Positions 17,465-28,456 of a stretch of DNA of 64,000 nt are shown here, one piece after another (position 1 is the stretch's first letter; each line of letters opens with the position of its first letter). The notes under the pieces were generated by a model. That model saw only the letters and a list, made by a program, of their open reading frames with translations. It searched no databases and was not told the origin of the DNA. The position numbers were made by a program, and so were the translations under genes. This stretch comes from a virus, in IMG/VR virus record IMGVR_UViG_3300024274_000264, one strand, 5' to 3'.

Positions 17465-17914
17465 ATGAAATGTATAATTTCTGGTCATCGTTTACATAAG
17501 TTGAAAACTTATAATATTGATTGGATTAGAAAAGCAATAGAAGATGCGGTATTGGAAATAAATCCAAGTATTGGAATTTCTGGCATGGCTGGTGGAGTAG
17601 ATCTTATTTTTTGTGAAGCTCTAATAAATTTAAACATTCCATACTATGCCTATGTTCCATTTAAAGAGCAAGGAGACTTATACCCAGAAGAAAAAGAATT
17701 AAGGGATAAATGTTTAAAGTCTGCAAAAGAAATTTTTTACGCAAAGAATTCTAAAATGGTAGAAGATGCAAATTGTGGAATAGTTGTTTTTGACGGAAAT
17801 AAAGGCGGCACACACAATGTGTTTCAACAAATGTTGGAAAAACGAAAATCTATGATTTGGATTAATCCTATTTCCGAATGCATCTGGGATTTAAACCAAC
17901 CAAAAACATTTTAA
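17465..17914 (+). CDS. SLOG superfamily (YspA/DUF1273-like) protein
   Basis: ISGHR, ISGMAGGVD, VPF..Q, FDG..GGT. Confidence 0.8.
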   Translation: MKCIISGHRLHKLKTYNIDWIRKAIEDAVLEINPSIGISGMAGGVDLIFCEALINLNIPYYAYVPFKEQGDLYPEEKELRDKCLKSAKEIFYAKNSKMVEDANCGIVVFDGNKGGTHNVFQQMLEKRKSMIWINPISECIWDLNQPKTF

Positions 17915-17926
17915 TGGTTTTTGGTT
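17898..17926. repeat. Imperfect inverted repeat spanning the SLOG stop (hairpin candidate)
   Basis: AACCAAAAACATT..AATGGTTTTTGGTT. Confidence 0.35.
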
Positions 17927-17943
17927 AAAATCAATCCCATCAA

Positions 17944-19050
17944 ATGAAAAAACTATCAATCATAGGGATCGGAAAATTAGGTCTCTGTTTTGCATTAACT
18001 TTAGAAAAACATGGATATAATGTGTTAGGTGTTGATCTACTTCAATCTTATGTAGATTTAATAAACACAAAACAATATCGTAGTTCTGAACCTGGTTTAA
18101 ATGATTTATTGGATAAGTCTAAGCAGTTTCGTGCCACAACCTCAATGAGAGAGGCTGTAGAACATTCCGATACACTTTTTGTAATTGTTGCTACTCCATC
18201 CCTGCCCGACGGACGATACAGCCACGCGCAGGTAGACAGTGTAATTCAGAAATTAAAAGAAATTGGACGGCAGGAAACTCAAAAAAATCTTGTAATAACC
18301 TGCACTGTAATGCCAGGTTATTGTGATTCAATTAAAGATCAATTACTCGAATTAAACTATGTTGTTTCATATAATCCAGAGTTTATTGCTCAAGGTACAA
18401 TTTTAAGAGACCAAGAAAATCCAGACATGGTATTAATTGGCGAAGCAAATAAAACTTCTGGTGATTTACTACAAGAGATATATGAAACGCATACTGTTAA
18501 TAAGCCTAAATTTGCAAGAATGACCCCGTTGGAAGCAGAAATTACAAAAATTGGCTTAAATTGCTTTCTGACAACAAAAATTGCGTATGCCAACATGGTC
18601 GGGGATATTGTTAAAAAAGCAGGAGGCAATCCAGATACGGTATTAAGTGCAATAGGTTCTGATTCTAGAGTTGGAAATAAATTTTTAAAATATGGATATG
18701 GATTCGGCGGTCCCTGTTTGCCCCGAGATGGCAGAGCATTGGGCATTTTTGCAAAAGACCTTGATATGCCTTCAAAAATAAGTAATGCCGCAGATGAATC
18801 AAACAAACTTCATTTGCAAGAACAAATTAAATTTTTCAAAAATGAAAACAAAGATAAATTAAAAACTGTTAAATTTGATTCAGTTACATATAAGCAAGAA
18901 TCCAATCTAATAGAAGAGTCACAACAACTACTGTTTGCGGTCGGGCTCGCCAAAGAAGGATATAAAGTTGTAATCAACGAACGTAAAGATGTAGTTGAAG
19001 AAGTGAAAAAAATATATGGTGATTTATTTCAATACGAGGTAAAAGATTAA
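17944..19050 (+). CDS. UDP-glucose/GDP-mannose dehydrogenase family
   Basis: GIGKLG, VATP, YNPEFIAQG, EITK..N.FL, GFGGPCLPRD. Confidence 0.93.
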   Translation: MKKLSIIGIGKLGLCFALTLEKHGYNVLGVDLLQSYVDLINTKQYRSSEPGLNDLLDKSKQFRATTSMREAVEHSDTLFVIVATPSLPDGRYSHAQVDSVIQKLKEIGRQETQKNLVITCTVMPGYCDSIKDQLLELNYVVSYNPEFIAQGTILRDQENPDMVLIGEANKTSGDLLQEIYETHTVNKPKFARMTPLEAEITKIGLNCFLTTKIAYANMVGDIVKKAGGNPDTVLSAIGSDSRVGNKFLKYGYGFGGPCLPRDGRALGIFAKDLDMPSKISNAADESNKLHLQEQIKFFKNENKDKLKTVKFDSVTYKQESNLIEESQQLLFAVGLAKEGYKVVINERKDVVEEVKKIYGDLFQYEVKD

Positions 19051-19051
19051 A

Positions 19052-19627
19052 ATGGATAAAGGCGCAATCGAAGACAAATATGTTTATGCAGAAATTGCTA
19101 AACTAATAAAAGAATATAATATAAATACAATAGTAGAGACTGGGACATATCGTGGGTGGTCTGCAAAGAAACTTGCAGAGTTTGGACTGCCAGTTTTTAC
19201 AATAGAAATTGACAAAGAAAATTTTGAAATGGGAGGTCTTTTCTTAAAAGATACAAAAAATGTTTTTAGATATTTAGGATCTTCTCCAGATGTTATGGAT
19301 GAAATTCTCGAAGAAAGAGATCTTAAAAATACCTTGTTTTTTTTAGATGCTCATTGGGGTGAATATTGGCCAATACATGATGAAATATTAACAATGAAAA
19401 AATATGGCATTAAACCAGTAATTCTTATTCATGATTTTTTTGTTCCAGATGAGAATGGAAAAGCAAAATTTGGATATGATGTTTATAAAAAACAAGCTTT
19501 AGATTACAACTTTGTTAAACCAAGTATTGATACTCTGTATGGTGGTGAGGACAAATATATCCACTATTGTATTCAAGAAGCTGAAGTAGATGCTGGAGTT
19601 GGTGTTTTTGTACCAAAAAAAGGATAA
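19052..19627 (+). CDS. Class I SAM-dependent methyltransferase
   Basis: VETGTYRGWS, TIE, GSS, FFLDAH, IHD. Confidence 0.8.
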   Translation: MDKGAIEDKYVYAEIAKLIKEYNINTIVETGTYRGWSAKKLAEFGLPVFTIEIDKENFEMGGLFLKDTKNVFRYLGSSPDVMDEILEERDLKNTLFFLDAHWGEYWPIHDEILTMKKYGIKPVILIHDFFVPDENGKAKFGYDVYKKQALDYNFVKPSIDTLYGGEDKYIHYCIQEAEVDAGVGVFVPKKG

Positions 19628-19632
19628 AAAAT

Positions 19633-20274
19633 ATGATAACAATACATTATAAAAATGGAGTAGTTTTTAATCTACCAAAATATTATGCATCTGATGCTGG
19701 GTGGTTTACTTCTGCCGAAAGAAACACAAAAGAATTTTTGTGTGACTATATAAAACCTAATTTTACTATAATTGATGCTGGGGCTAATATTGGGATGTAT
19801 ACTGTCCCATTTGCTAAACTAGCTTATGAAGGAAAAGTTTATGCGTTTGAACCAACAGATACAATTGAAATGTTGAAAGAAAATCTTGCTTACAATTCTT
19901 GTGAGTCAAATGTTGTTTTACAAACACAGCCTCTTGGCGAAAAGGATGAAATTAAAAAGGATAGAGTTTTTAAAGTTTGGTCACAGGGAATTGTAGATGA
20001 CAAAGAATTTTCTTTTATTACATTAGATACCTTTGTTAAAACTAATCAATTAAAAGTTGATTTAATAAAAATAGATGTTGATTCGTACGATTACGAAGTT
20101 TTACTTGGAGGAAGACAATTTTTAACTGAGCAAAGCCCTCTCGTTGTTGTTGAATTAAATCATGCCTTATCGAAAAGAAATCACCATGTACAAGAAGCTT
20201 TAAACTACATGGAAAGTATTGGGTATAAACTAAAATTCATATTAGATAATGAAAACTATGTTTTTGAAAAATAA
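19633..20274 (+). CDS. FkbM family methyltransferase
   Basis: IDAGANIG, YAFEP, TLD, IKIDVD. Confidence 0.92.
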   Translation: MITIHYKNGVVFNLPKYYASDAGWFTSAERNTKEFLCDYIKPNFTIIDAGANIGMYTVPFAKLAYEGKVYAFEPTDTIEMLKENLAYNSCESNVVLQTQPLGEKDEIKKDRVFKVWSQGIVDDKEFSFITLDTFVKTNQLKVDLIKIDVDSYDYEVLLGGRQFLTEQSPLVVVELNHALSKRNHHVQEALNYMESIGYKLKFILDNENYVFEK

Positions 20275-20285
20275 AGGTAAATAAT

Positions 20286-21233
20286 ATGAAAAAAATTTTA
20301 ATTACTGGGTCTACTGGCCTTTTGGGCTCTGCTCTTGTGAAAAAACTAAATGAAAATTCAAATTTGGATCTAGTTTTGTTAAATTCTAAAACTGATTTAC
20401 GAAATCAAGAAACTGTTGACAAACTGTTCGAAGAGCATAAACCTAGTTTTGTTTATCATTTGGCTGCAAAAGTTGGTGGTCTCGGAGCAAATATGGCTGG
20501 TAATGCAGAGTTTTTTCGAGACAACATCTTAATGAACACAAATATTTTATATGCTGCCTCACAGTGTAAAGAAGTGCAAAAAGTTTGTTCTGTGTTAAGT
20601 ACATGTATATTTCCAGATGGAATTGATCTGCCAATTAAAGAAATTTCTTTACATAAAGGCGAACCACATAATTCAAATTTTGGATATGCATACGCAAAAA
20701 GAATGCAAGATGTTTATGGGCGAGCATTAAATGTTCAGTGCCAAAAAAAGAAATTTATTTCTGTTATTCCAAATAACATGTATGGAGAACATGATAATTT
20801 TTCTTTAAAAGATGGTCATGTTATTCCATCAGTGATTCATAAATTGTTTTTGGCAAAGAAAAATAAATCATCTGTAGTAGAATTTTGGGGAGATGGTTCT
20901 CCGCTTAGACAATTTTCTTATGCGGAAGATGTAGCAAGAGACATGATCTACTGTATGGAAAACTACTCAGAAGATTTACCAGTAAACATCGGAAATCCAA
21001 AAGAATATTCAATTAAAGAACTTGTTGAGCTGACAAAAGAAATTATTGGATTTGATGGAGAAATTATATGGAATACTGAAAAACCAAATGGGCAAATAAA
21101 GAAAACAGCCTCAACCGAAATTTTTTCTAGCAATGTTCCAAATTTCAAATATCTTGATTTAAAAGAAGGTTTAACAAAAACAATTTCCTGGTTTGAATCA
21201 AATTATCCCAAAATTCGTGGTTGCAATTTTTGA
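20286..21233 (+). CDS. fcl: GDP-L-fucose synthase
   Basis: TGSTGLLG, HLAAKVGG..AN, STCIFP, YAYAKR, PNNMYG.HDNF..GHVIP, GDGSPLRQF. Confidence 0.92.
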   Translation: MKKILITGSTGLLGSALVKKLNENSNLDLVLLNSKTDLRNQETVDKLFEEHKPSFVYHLAAKVGGLGANMAGNAEFFRDNILMNTNILYAASQCKEVQKVCSVLSTCIFPDGIDLPIKEISLHKGEPHNSNFGYAYAKRMQDVYGRALNVQCQKKKFISVIPNNMYGEHDNFSLKDGHVIPSVIHKLFLAKKNKSSVVEFWGDGSPLRQFSYAEDVARDMIYCMENYSEDLPVNIGNPKEYSIKELVELTKEIIGFDGEIIWNTEKPNGQIKKTASTEIFSSNVPNFKYLDLKEGLTKTISWFESNYPKIRGCNF

Positions 21234-21268
21234 AAACAAATATATAATTCTTTGCTAAGTTTATAAAA

Positions 21269-23563
21269 ATGAACGAAGAGCAAAAACAAAAAACCGCATT
21301 AATAACTGGTGTTACTGGGCAGGATGGTTCTTATCTGGCTGAGTTTCTTTTAGAAAAAGGGTATAGAGTGATTGGAATGAAAAGAAGAACAAGTATCATT
21401 TCTACTTCTAGGATAGACCACATTTATTCAAATCCAAATTTTATTCTAGAGTATGGAAACATGAGCGACGCATCTTGTTTTTGGAATCTATTGTCAAAAT
21501 ATAAACCTGATGAGATTTATAATCTTGCAGCTCAATCTCATGTTAAAACATCTTTTGATGTTTCAGAAGAAACTCTTGATATAGATGGCGCAGGAGTTTT
21601 AAAACTACTTAATGCGAGTAAAGCAATTATTCCAAATGCTAGAATTTACCAAGCGAGTTCTTCCGTTACAGGGGAGACACCAGTTCTTATCAGAAAAAAT
21701 AAAAATGAAATAAAATTAGAAAAAATAGAAAATTTAGTTAACCCAAAATTAGAAAAAACGGAATATTCAAATCTTGAATGTTTAACTATTGATAGAAAAA
21801 CATTAAAATTAAAATGGTCTCCAATCGCTTATGCTTTTACTCATAAGTCATCAAATGTTTATAACATAAAAGGGACTGGTGGATTTAATATTGGAATAAC
21901 AGGCAATCACTCTGCTATGATTATTGATAAAAATGGAGAATTAGTTGAAAAGAAAATTGATGATATAAAAATAGGAGATTATCTACTTTCTTACATGTCT
22001 TTCAATAATAATTTTGAGGAAAAGGAAAGAGTTTATCCTATTTTTGATTTGAGAAAATTTGCGAATTCAAAAAAATATATAACAAGATCCAATAGTCAAA
22101 TTGATTCATTAGTTATTAATGATGATATTTGTAGATTAATTGGATTTTATTTGGCAGAAGGAAATGTTTTTATAAAAGAAAAGAAAACATACAAAACAAC
22201 TTTTACTTTTCACATAAAAGAAAAATATTACACGGACGATATTAAAAATATTGTAAAAAACAACTTTGGAATTGATTGCTGTGAATCAGAATTCGTTTCA
22301 AGAAATACTCGGAAAATTCAATTTTCAAGCAAGCAATTTGCTAAATTTTTATTAGAACAATTTAAAACAGGATCAAAAAAGAAAGAAATTCCAAGTTGGA
22401 TATACAATTTGCCGAAATCTGCATTTGTTAATTTAATGCAAGGATATGTTGGAGATGCCAAAATTTCAAAAAATGAAATTAGATATACTTCAGTAAATAA
22501 ATCAATGTTACAAGCTTTACTTTATATTTCAAAATTAAATGGAATGTCTCCAACTTTTTTAGATAGAAAAACAGGTGCATTTGATCTGTTATTTTCTTCA
22601 AAAGATAAAAAAGAAATATTAGGTACAACTGAAATAGATTTAAAGTTTAAACAAGCCAATGGAACATTAATTGAATCAAATGTTTTCAACAATTTAGCAC
22701 CAACGTATATAAGAAAACTTAACGGGTATAAAAAAAATATTTCAAAAGAAAAAATATTAAATACTTTAGAAAAATTAAAAACGAAAACTGAGTTGTCGGA
22801 AAATTTAATAAAATTAGAGAGATTATCCAACTCAGACATTCATATTGTGAAAATTAAAAAAATTGAAAAACTTAAAGAGGAAAATATTAATGTTTACGAT
22901 CTTCATGTGCCTGAAAGTCAAATTTTTATTGGCGGAAATTATCCGTTAATTTTACACAATAGCGAAATTTTCGGGACAAACCCAGAAGTTCCTCAAAATG
23001 AAGAAACTAAATTTATGCCTGCGTCACCTTACGCTTGTGCAAAAGTGTTTGCCCATAATATATGCATAAACTATAGAGAAGCATACAAGATGTTCATTTG
23101 TCCAGGAATTTTACAAAATCATGAAAGCCCAAGAAGAGGGGAAACGTTCGTAACAAGAAAGATTACTTTAGCTGCTGCAAAAATAAAACTTGGAATGCAA
23201 TCCAAATTAGAACTTGGAAACTTAGACGCAAAACGGGATTGGGGCTATGCAAAAGAATATGTTGAGGCTATGTGGTTGATGCTACAACAACCTAAACCAG
23301 ATGTTTTTGTTATTGCAACAGGAGAAAATCATTCTGTTAAAGAATTTGCAGAAACGGTTTTCGAGTATGCTGGTTTAGATCTTAAAGATCATCTTGTGAT
23401 CAATCCACGACTTTTTAGACCACACGAAGTGCCATGTCTAAAAGGTGATTATTCAAAAGCGAAGAGAATTCTTGGATGGGAACCAAAAGTTAAATTTAAA
23501 GAGCTCGCGCAAATTATGTATAATTCAGATTTAGATCTTCTAAAAAAAGGAATAATCAAATGA
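21269..23563 (+). CDS. gmd: GDP-mannose 4,6-dehydratase with LAGLIDADG intein
   Basis: [27 protein letters not shown]|[39 protein letters not shown]. Confidence 0.95.
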   Translation: MNEEQKQKTALITGVTGQDGSYLAEFLLEKGYRVIGMKRRTSIISTSRIDHIYSNPNFILEYGNMSDASCFWNLLSKYKPDEIYNLAAQSHVKTSFDVSEETLDIDGAGVLKLLNASKAIIPNARIYQASSSVTGETPVLIRKNKNEIKLEKIENLVNPKLEKTEYSNLECLTIDRKTLKLKWSPIAYAFTHKSSNVYNIKGTGGFNIGITGNHSAMIIDKNGELVEKKIDDIKIGDYLLSYMSFNNNFEEKERVYPIFDLRKFANSKKYITRSNSQIDSLVINDDICRLIGFYLAEGNVFIKEKKTYKTTFTFHIKEKYYTDDIKNIVKNNFGIDCCESEFVSRNTRKIQFSSKQFAKFLLEQFKTGSKKKEIPSWIYNLPKSAFVNLMQGYVGDAKISKNEIRYTSVNKSMLQALLYISKLNGMSPTFLDRKTGAFDLLFSSKDKKEILGTTEIDLKFKQANGTLIESNVFNNLAPTYIRKLNGYKKNISKEKILNTLEKLKTKTELSENLIKLERLSNSDIHIVKIKKIEKLKEENINVYDLHVPESQIFIGGNYPLILHNSEIFGTNPEVPQNEETKFMPASPYACAKVFAHNICINYREAYKMFICPGILQNHESPRRGETFVTRKITLAAAKIKLGMQSKLELGNLDAKRDWGYAKEYVEAMWLMLQQPKPDVFVIATGENHSVKEFAETVFEYAGLDLKDHLVINPRLFRPHEVPCLKGDYSKAKRILGWEPKVKFKELAQIMYNSDLDLLKKGIIK
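21662..22960 (+). mobile_element. Ser1 intein (433 aa) with LAGLIDADG endonuclease in gmd
   Basis: [10 protein letters not shown] start, ITGNHS block [20 protein letters not shown] end. Confidence 0.92.
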
Positions 23564-24543
23564 AAACAATTGTCATTATTGGAATTGGGAAGGAAAATTA
23601 CAACTATAAAAAAATAAAAGGATTTGTTGATGCTTTTGGAAAACTAGGTTACGAAGTTTTTCACTATACTCATTTAAATCATAATATATTAAATAAACAC
23701 AGTAGTATTGATATACTGTTTGCGGAAACGGAATATCTCGAAGGAAGATTTAGCAATGTCAAAAACTTTATTTTATGGACAAATACAAAGCTTTATCAAG
23801 TTATAAATTTTGCTAAAAATAATGATCATTTAAAAATGATTTTCGCACCTAAATCTTTTATGTTTGATCGCGATGTCAATGAAATGTATGTAGAAACATT
23901 TTCAACAACTGGATATCAAATGGTTGATCATGAAGGGCAAGATTTAGATTCTGTTTTAGAATTAATAGATAAAAAACAAAAAATAAATGAGTTTACATAT
24001 AAGATTTTAGATAATCTTATTTTTTCTTATATGCCCTGTTCGAAATCTGATTTAATTGAGGTAGAGACAATCAAGGAAGCAAAATACAAATTTTCTTACT
24101 TTGGCACTGGGTATAATCGCCCTCAAATTTTAGCTGCCTTCAATTTTTTAAATCAGAAAATTCCAAATCAAATAAAATATCATTTTGTTGAAAATGGTGG
24201 ACCAATCGATCCAGAGCAGTGTATTTCTTTTTATAGAGAATCAGGATATGTGTTACATGAACAAGTTAATCCTGTTATTTTAGGATATGCAGTTAGAATT
24301 GGCGAGGCTTCGGCAGCAGGAGCTAAAATGATTTTGTTTGAAACTTTACCGTTATATGATAAAGTTAAAGAGCTAAATAAAATTCCTGAAATGATTAAAT
24401 TTGGTTCTGTTACTGAATTTATAAACAAATTTGATTCAATCGAATCTCGTTCAATTGATGAAAGAAAAAAGGCGGCAGCAGATTTTAAATTCACATATGA
24501 AAATGCGATTAAAGAATTTGAAGAGTTGTTAAAACTTATTTGA
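23560..24543 (+). CDS. Putative GT-B glycosyltransferase
   Basis: Cluster context; [21 protein letters not shown]. Confidence 0.5.
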   Translation: MKTIVIIGIGKENYNYKKIKGFVDAFGKLGYEVFHYTHLNHNILNKHSSIDILFAETEYLEGRFSNVKNFILWTNTKLYQVINFAKNNDHLKMIFAPKSFMFDRDVNEMYVETFSTTGYQMVDHEGQDLDSVLELIDKKQKINEFTYKILDNLIFSYMPCSKSDLIEVETIKEAKYKFSYFGTGYNRPQILAAFNFLNQKIPNQIKYHFVENGGPIDPEQCISFYRESGYVLHEQVNPVILGYAVRIGEASAAGAKMILFETLPLYDKVKELNKIPEMIKFGSVTEFINKFDSIESRSIDERKKAAADFKFTYENAIKEFEELLKLI

Positions 24544-25345
24544 ATTCTATTGTGTTTTTTAATGGAACGCTTCTATAAGTTAAATTTTCATTACCAGAAT
24601 CAGTAATAAGAATTGTATGCTCCCACTGAGCGCTATTGCTTCCATCTTTTGTGTAAACTGTCCACAAATCATTTTTATCAAGAAAAATTTCTGGTGAGTT
24701 TCTGTTGACCATTGGTTCGATTGTATGGGTTAATCCTGTGCGCAAACGCGGCCCAGTTCCTCTTTTTCCATAATGTAAAATACCAGGTTCCATATGAAAT
24801 CCATTAGGCCCAATTCCAATTCCGTGTCCACCAAATTCTTTTACAATCGAATAACCATTACTTTCAACAAAAGATTGAATCGGTTCTCCTAAATCTCCAA
24901 CTCTGGCACCATTAAAGGCACAAGCAATTCCTAAATCAAGAGCTTCTCGACTTATTTTCATTAATTTAAAATCTTCTTCAGTTATGTTTCCGAGATAAAA
25001 CATTGCACTCGTATCTCCATGAGCTTCATTATAAATTGATGTAATGTCTACATTAAAAATCATATTATCAAGTGGCTTATTATTTGGAATACCATGACAA
25101 ACAACATTTGATGGAGAAATACAAACATGACCAGGAAAAGGATGCAGAGAAGAATATAAATTTTTATATAAATAAGGCGCGCATCTACCACCATTTTTTT
25201 CAGTAAACTCTTTTACAAATTTATCAATGTCTAAACCTGTTATTCCTGGTTTGATAAGTTCTCCAATAGCAATAAGAGTTTCTGCTGCAAGTTTGCCCGC
25301 ATCTCTCATTTTTTGTATTTCTTTTTCGTTTTTTATTTCAATCAT
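24536..25345 (-). CDS. map: Type I methionine aminopeptidase
   Basis: CIS.NVVCHGIP, NVD, HGDT, GHGIG, FH.EP, TIEPM, SAQWEHT. Confidence 0.95.
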   Translation of the reverse strand: MIEIKNEKEIQKMRDAGKLAAETLIAIGELIKPGITGLDIDKFVKEFTEKNGGRCAPYLYKNLYSSLHPFPGHVCISPSNVVCHGIPNNKPLDNMIFNVDITSIYNEAHGDTSAMFYLGNITEEDFKLMKISREALDLGIACAFNGARVGDLGEPIQSFVESNGYSIVKEFGGHGIGIGPNGFHMEPGILHYGKRGTGPRLRTGLTHTIEPMVNRNSPEIFLDKNDLWTVYTKDGSNSAQWEHTILITDSGNENLTYRSVPLKNTIEFK

Positions 25346-25370
25346 TTAAGATTATATTAAAACTAAAATT

Positions 25371-25829
25371 TTATTTTGTGAATAGTTTTATTGTATTAAA
25401 AAATTCTGAAAAACTAATTTCTTCTTTATGATTTGGACTTGGATCAAGAAAATTAAAAGTAGAAACGACAAGAGGTATATAAGGAGCAAAAGAAAATCCT
25501 TTTGCTAAATATGAAGATTTATTTAGACTGCTTTTAAGTTGAAGCGATTTGATTGTATCTTCTTTGCTAAAAGTAATTTGTTTATATTCTATTTCTTTTT
25601 CTGAAAGAAATTTAATTTTTATTGTTATGCTTGTTTTGGAAAATTCATTATACTCCAGTTCAATTTCTAGCGGAATATTTCGAGCACATAATTTTTCCAA
25701 CTCTTTTTCCATTAGAAGATAAAAATATTTGAGAATATCCTTTTCTATTCCCCAAGAATCAAGCAAAGTAAACAGTATGTTTTTTCTATCCATTTCAACA
25801 GAGATAGATATTATAGAAATAATTGTCAA
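25371..25829 (-). CDS. Hypothetical protein containing a GFSFAPYIPL segment
   Basis: 152-aa ORF; the segment resembles a T4 gp23-type capsid motif. Confidence 0.55.
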   Translation of the reverse strand: MTIISIISISVEMDRKNILFTLLDSWGIEKDILKYFYLLMEKELEKLCARNIPLEIELEYNEFSKTSITIKIKFLSEKEIEYKQITFSKEDTIKSLQLKSSLNKSSYLAKGFSFAPYIPLVVSTFNFLDPSPNHKEEISFSEFFNTIKLFTK

Positions 25830-25875
25830 CTACTTTTAGACAAATAATTTAAAGATATTTAAAATAAGCAAAAAT

Positions 25876-26847
25876 ATGAAGAAACAAAAACGATATTTAG
25901 TTCTTGGTGCGGGAGGCATGATTGGACACCAAATGGTTAAAAGACTTAAAAAAGAAGGCAATTGGGTCCGTGGAGTAGATTTGGTCTATCCAGAATTTAG
26001 CTCAACAGAAGCAGATGAGTTTATTATTGGGGACCTAAGAGAAGAAAACATTTGCGAAAAAGTAATAACACCAGACATAGATGTTATAATACAGTATGCT
26101 GCAGAACTTGGGGGCGCAGAATATGTTTTTACTGGAAAAAATGACGCCGAAATTATACACAATTCTGCCTTGATAAATTTAAATGTTGCTAATGTTGCCG
26201 CAAGAAAAGGTATAAAAAATATAGCATATTCTAGCTCAGCATGTATCTATCCTGCCTATAATCAAACAGATCCAAATAATCCAAATTGTGAAGAGTCATC
26301 AGCATATCCAGCTTTTCCAGATAGCGTATATGGCTGGGAGAAGTTATTCAGCGAGATTATGTTCGATGCTTTTGCGAGAAATAAAGGATTAAACATTAGC
26401 ATTATGAGATATCATAATATTTTTTCAGAAGAGTGTGACTATTATTCGAATCGAGCGAAAGCTCCAGCCGCCTTATGTAGAAAAGTTGCAGAAGCAAAAG
26501 ATGGAACGCATATAGAAATTTTTGGAGATGGAACGCAAACAAGATCTTTTTTGTATATTGACGATTGCCTCGAAGGAACGCTTAGATTAATTGAAAGTGG
26601 GTTCGATAAACCATTAAACGTTGGAAGTACAGAAATGGTTACAATTAATGATTTAGCAAAAATGATAATTGATATTTCAGGTAAAAAATTAGAAATAAAA
26701 CACATACCTGGCCCTATTGGTGTTATGGGTCGCAATTCCGACAATAAACTAATAAAAGAAGTTTTAGGATGGGAACCGCAGTCTAAATTAAAAGATGGAA
26801 TTCAAAAACTTTATACCTGGATAAACAAACAAGTTAATAATCTTTAA
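25876..26847 (+). CDS. GDP-mannose 3,5-epimerase-like NAD-dependent epimerase
   Basis: GAGGMIG, YSSSACIYP, YGWEKL, APAALCRKV, GDGTQTRSF, GRNSDN. Confidence 0.88.
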   Translation: MKKQKRYLVLGAGGMIGHQMVKRLKKEGNWVRGVDLVYPEFSSTEADEFIIGDLREENICEKVITPDIDVIIQYAAELGGAEYVFTGKNDAEIIHNSALINLNVANVAARKGIKNIAYSSSACIYPAYNQTDPNNPNCEESSAYPAFPDSVYGWEKLFSEIMFDAFARNKGLNISIMRYHNIFSEECDYYSNRAKAPAALCRKVAEAKDGTHIEIFGDGTQTRSFLYIDDCLEGTLRLIESGFDKPLNVGSTEMVTINDLAKMIIDISGKKLEIKHIPGPIGVMGRNSDNKLIKEVLGWEPQSKLKDGIQKLYTWINKQVNNL

Positions 26848-27557
26848 TATTTGTCCATAACCGACGAGGATGAGAAACCTGAGTCAATTAAAACAAGTCT
26901 ATTGTCACTTGTTACCCCATAGTGATCTAAGCTTAAAAGATCGCCAATTAAGAGATCAGCTTGAGAGACAATAAATATTATTTTGTCAATAAACTCTGGA
27001 ACTTCTCTTACTTCATCATCTTCGTTTATTATTGGGTCTTCGTTCTCGTCTGCTCGCCACTTTTCATATTCTGTTTTTGAGGAAAATCGACCTTGGTTTA
27101 GGTCGCTAAAGTTAACACTTTCTCCAGAAAGAGGTTCGTAAATATGATTTTTATATGCTGCATAAAATTGTCCTAGTTCGGATTCAAATTCTTCCCAAGG
27201 CAATCCAGCTAAAGATTCAAAATCAGATGATGAAGCAGGGCGAGCGTATTCAGAAACCAGATATGACAATCCTTTTCCAACTTCAAATATCTCTGGTACA
27301 AGCTCCTCCATATTATTTGATTCAAGTGCCTCATACGCCAATTTTTCGCTTTGATTTTGGGATAAACCAAATTTTTCTTTTGCAAATTTTATAACTTTTC
27401 CATCGCCAAGATCAAAAACTATTCTACCTTCTCCTTCTCCAAGTTTTTTCAATTTGGATATTGCATAATCAATTCTTTCTTTTTGAGTTTTGAAAGTTTT
27501 TAATGTTGCAAAAAATTCTTCTAAGCTATCTGATTCGAATATAAACGTTTTTAACAT
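26844..27557 (-). CDS. Protein kinase-like protein with FIFES leader
   Basis: LGEGEGRIVF, VIK, QNQSE, GDLLSLDHYG, LIDSG. Confidence 0.75.
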   Translation of the reverse strand: MLKTFIFESDSLEEFFATLKTFKTQKERIDYAISKLKKLGEGEGRIVFDLGDGKVIKFAKEKFGLSQNQSEKLAYEALESNNMEELVPEIFEVGKGLSYLVSEYARPASSSDFESLAGLPWEEFESELGQFYAAYKNHIYEPLSGESVNFSDLNQGRFSSKTEYEKWRADENEDPIINEDDEVREVPEFIDKIIFIVSQADLLIGDLLSLDHYGVTSDNRLVLIDSGFSSSSVMDKY

Positions 27558-27634
27558 TTTATCACCAAATTAATTAGCAATTTAAAAAGTTTTTATTTCG
27601 CCTTTACAGTTGTAACTTGCGCCACTAACATAAA

Positions 27635-28456
27635 GTGGTTATGTCCAACAAAACCCAAGTGTCTGATGAGTATTTGGAGGAATTATATTTAGACATGTAT
27701 AATACGCCAATTCTAGATTTATACGAAGAATTAAAAGAACTAGAACTTCTTCCAGATACTAATTTTTGGTGTTGTCGAGAAAATCAAAGAATACTTGATT
27801 TCAAAGAATCTTTAATTTGTTCGCACTGGGATAAGAGAGGGGCCAAGATCACAAAATTTAAACTTTTTTACTTTGTAAAACATAAAAATGAGCTTGAGAT
27901 TATTAACACACTTATATATGAATACTCGTTTTATTTTAAAAAGTTTTTCAATTATGGAAAATATTCGCAATTTTCATTTAATTCGTCCTACGATACTAAT
28001 CAAAAGGACCATAATCCTTTCTATATAGAATGGAGTAATTATTACTATGAAGATCGTTCAATAAATGAACGAACTTATATGGATACACTTTTTTCTGAAA
28101 TTGGAAAGTCTTATTGTAATGACCCATACTTTTTTTCAGATTCAGAAAATAGAAAAAACAAAAAGACTCATGCAAAGACAAAAAAAGTAATAAGAAATAA
28201 CGAAACAAAAGAATTTGTTTACGATTATGAAGAAGTTTGGGATCTATATGAAAAACATATGGAATATATTTTATCAATTAGAAAAATTCTAGAGTCTATT
28301 TATTCTAGACTTGCATTTGTTGAGTATTCTTACAAAATCAAAAAAAATGAAATTGCAGATGATATTTTAATTTATCGTTTGCAGTTGTTAAATGATGGTT
28401 TTAGAAGTTTTAAAGGCTTAATACTGGATGACTGGATCTCATTTTTAAATGAGTGA
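27635..28456 (+). CDS. Hypothetical protein
   Basis: 273-aa ORF only. Confidence 0.6.
   Translation: MVMSNKTQVSDEYLEELYLDMYNTPILDLYEELKELELLPDTNFWCCRENQRILDFKESLICSHWDKRGAKITKFKLFYFVKHKNELEIINTLIYEYSFYFKKFFNYGKYSQFSFNSSYDTNQKDHNPFYIEWSNYYYEDRSINERTYMDTLFSEIGKSYCNDPYFFSDSENRKNKKTHAKTKKVIRNNETKEFVYDYEEVWDLYEKHMEYILSIRKILESIYSRLAFVEYSYKIKKNEIADDILIYRLQLLNDGFRSFKGLILDDWISFLNE

Noticed and set aside
25590-25620. KFLSEKEI peptide shared with ORF 1865..2320
   Set aside because: An isolated short match in K/E/I-rich proteins with no flanking similarity
27595-27640. Small hairpin CCACT..AGTGG as a tRNA/ncRNA
   Set aside because: 5-bp stem only, no cloverleaf or T-loop; no tRNA seen anywhere in the window
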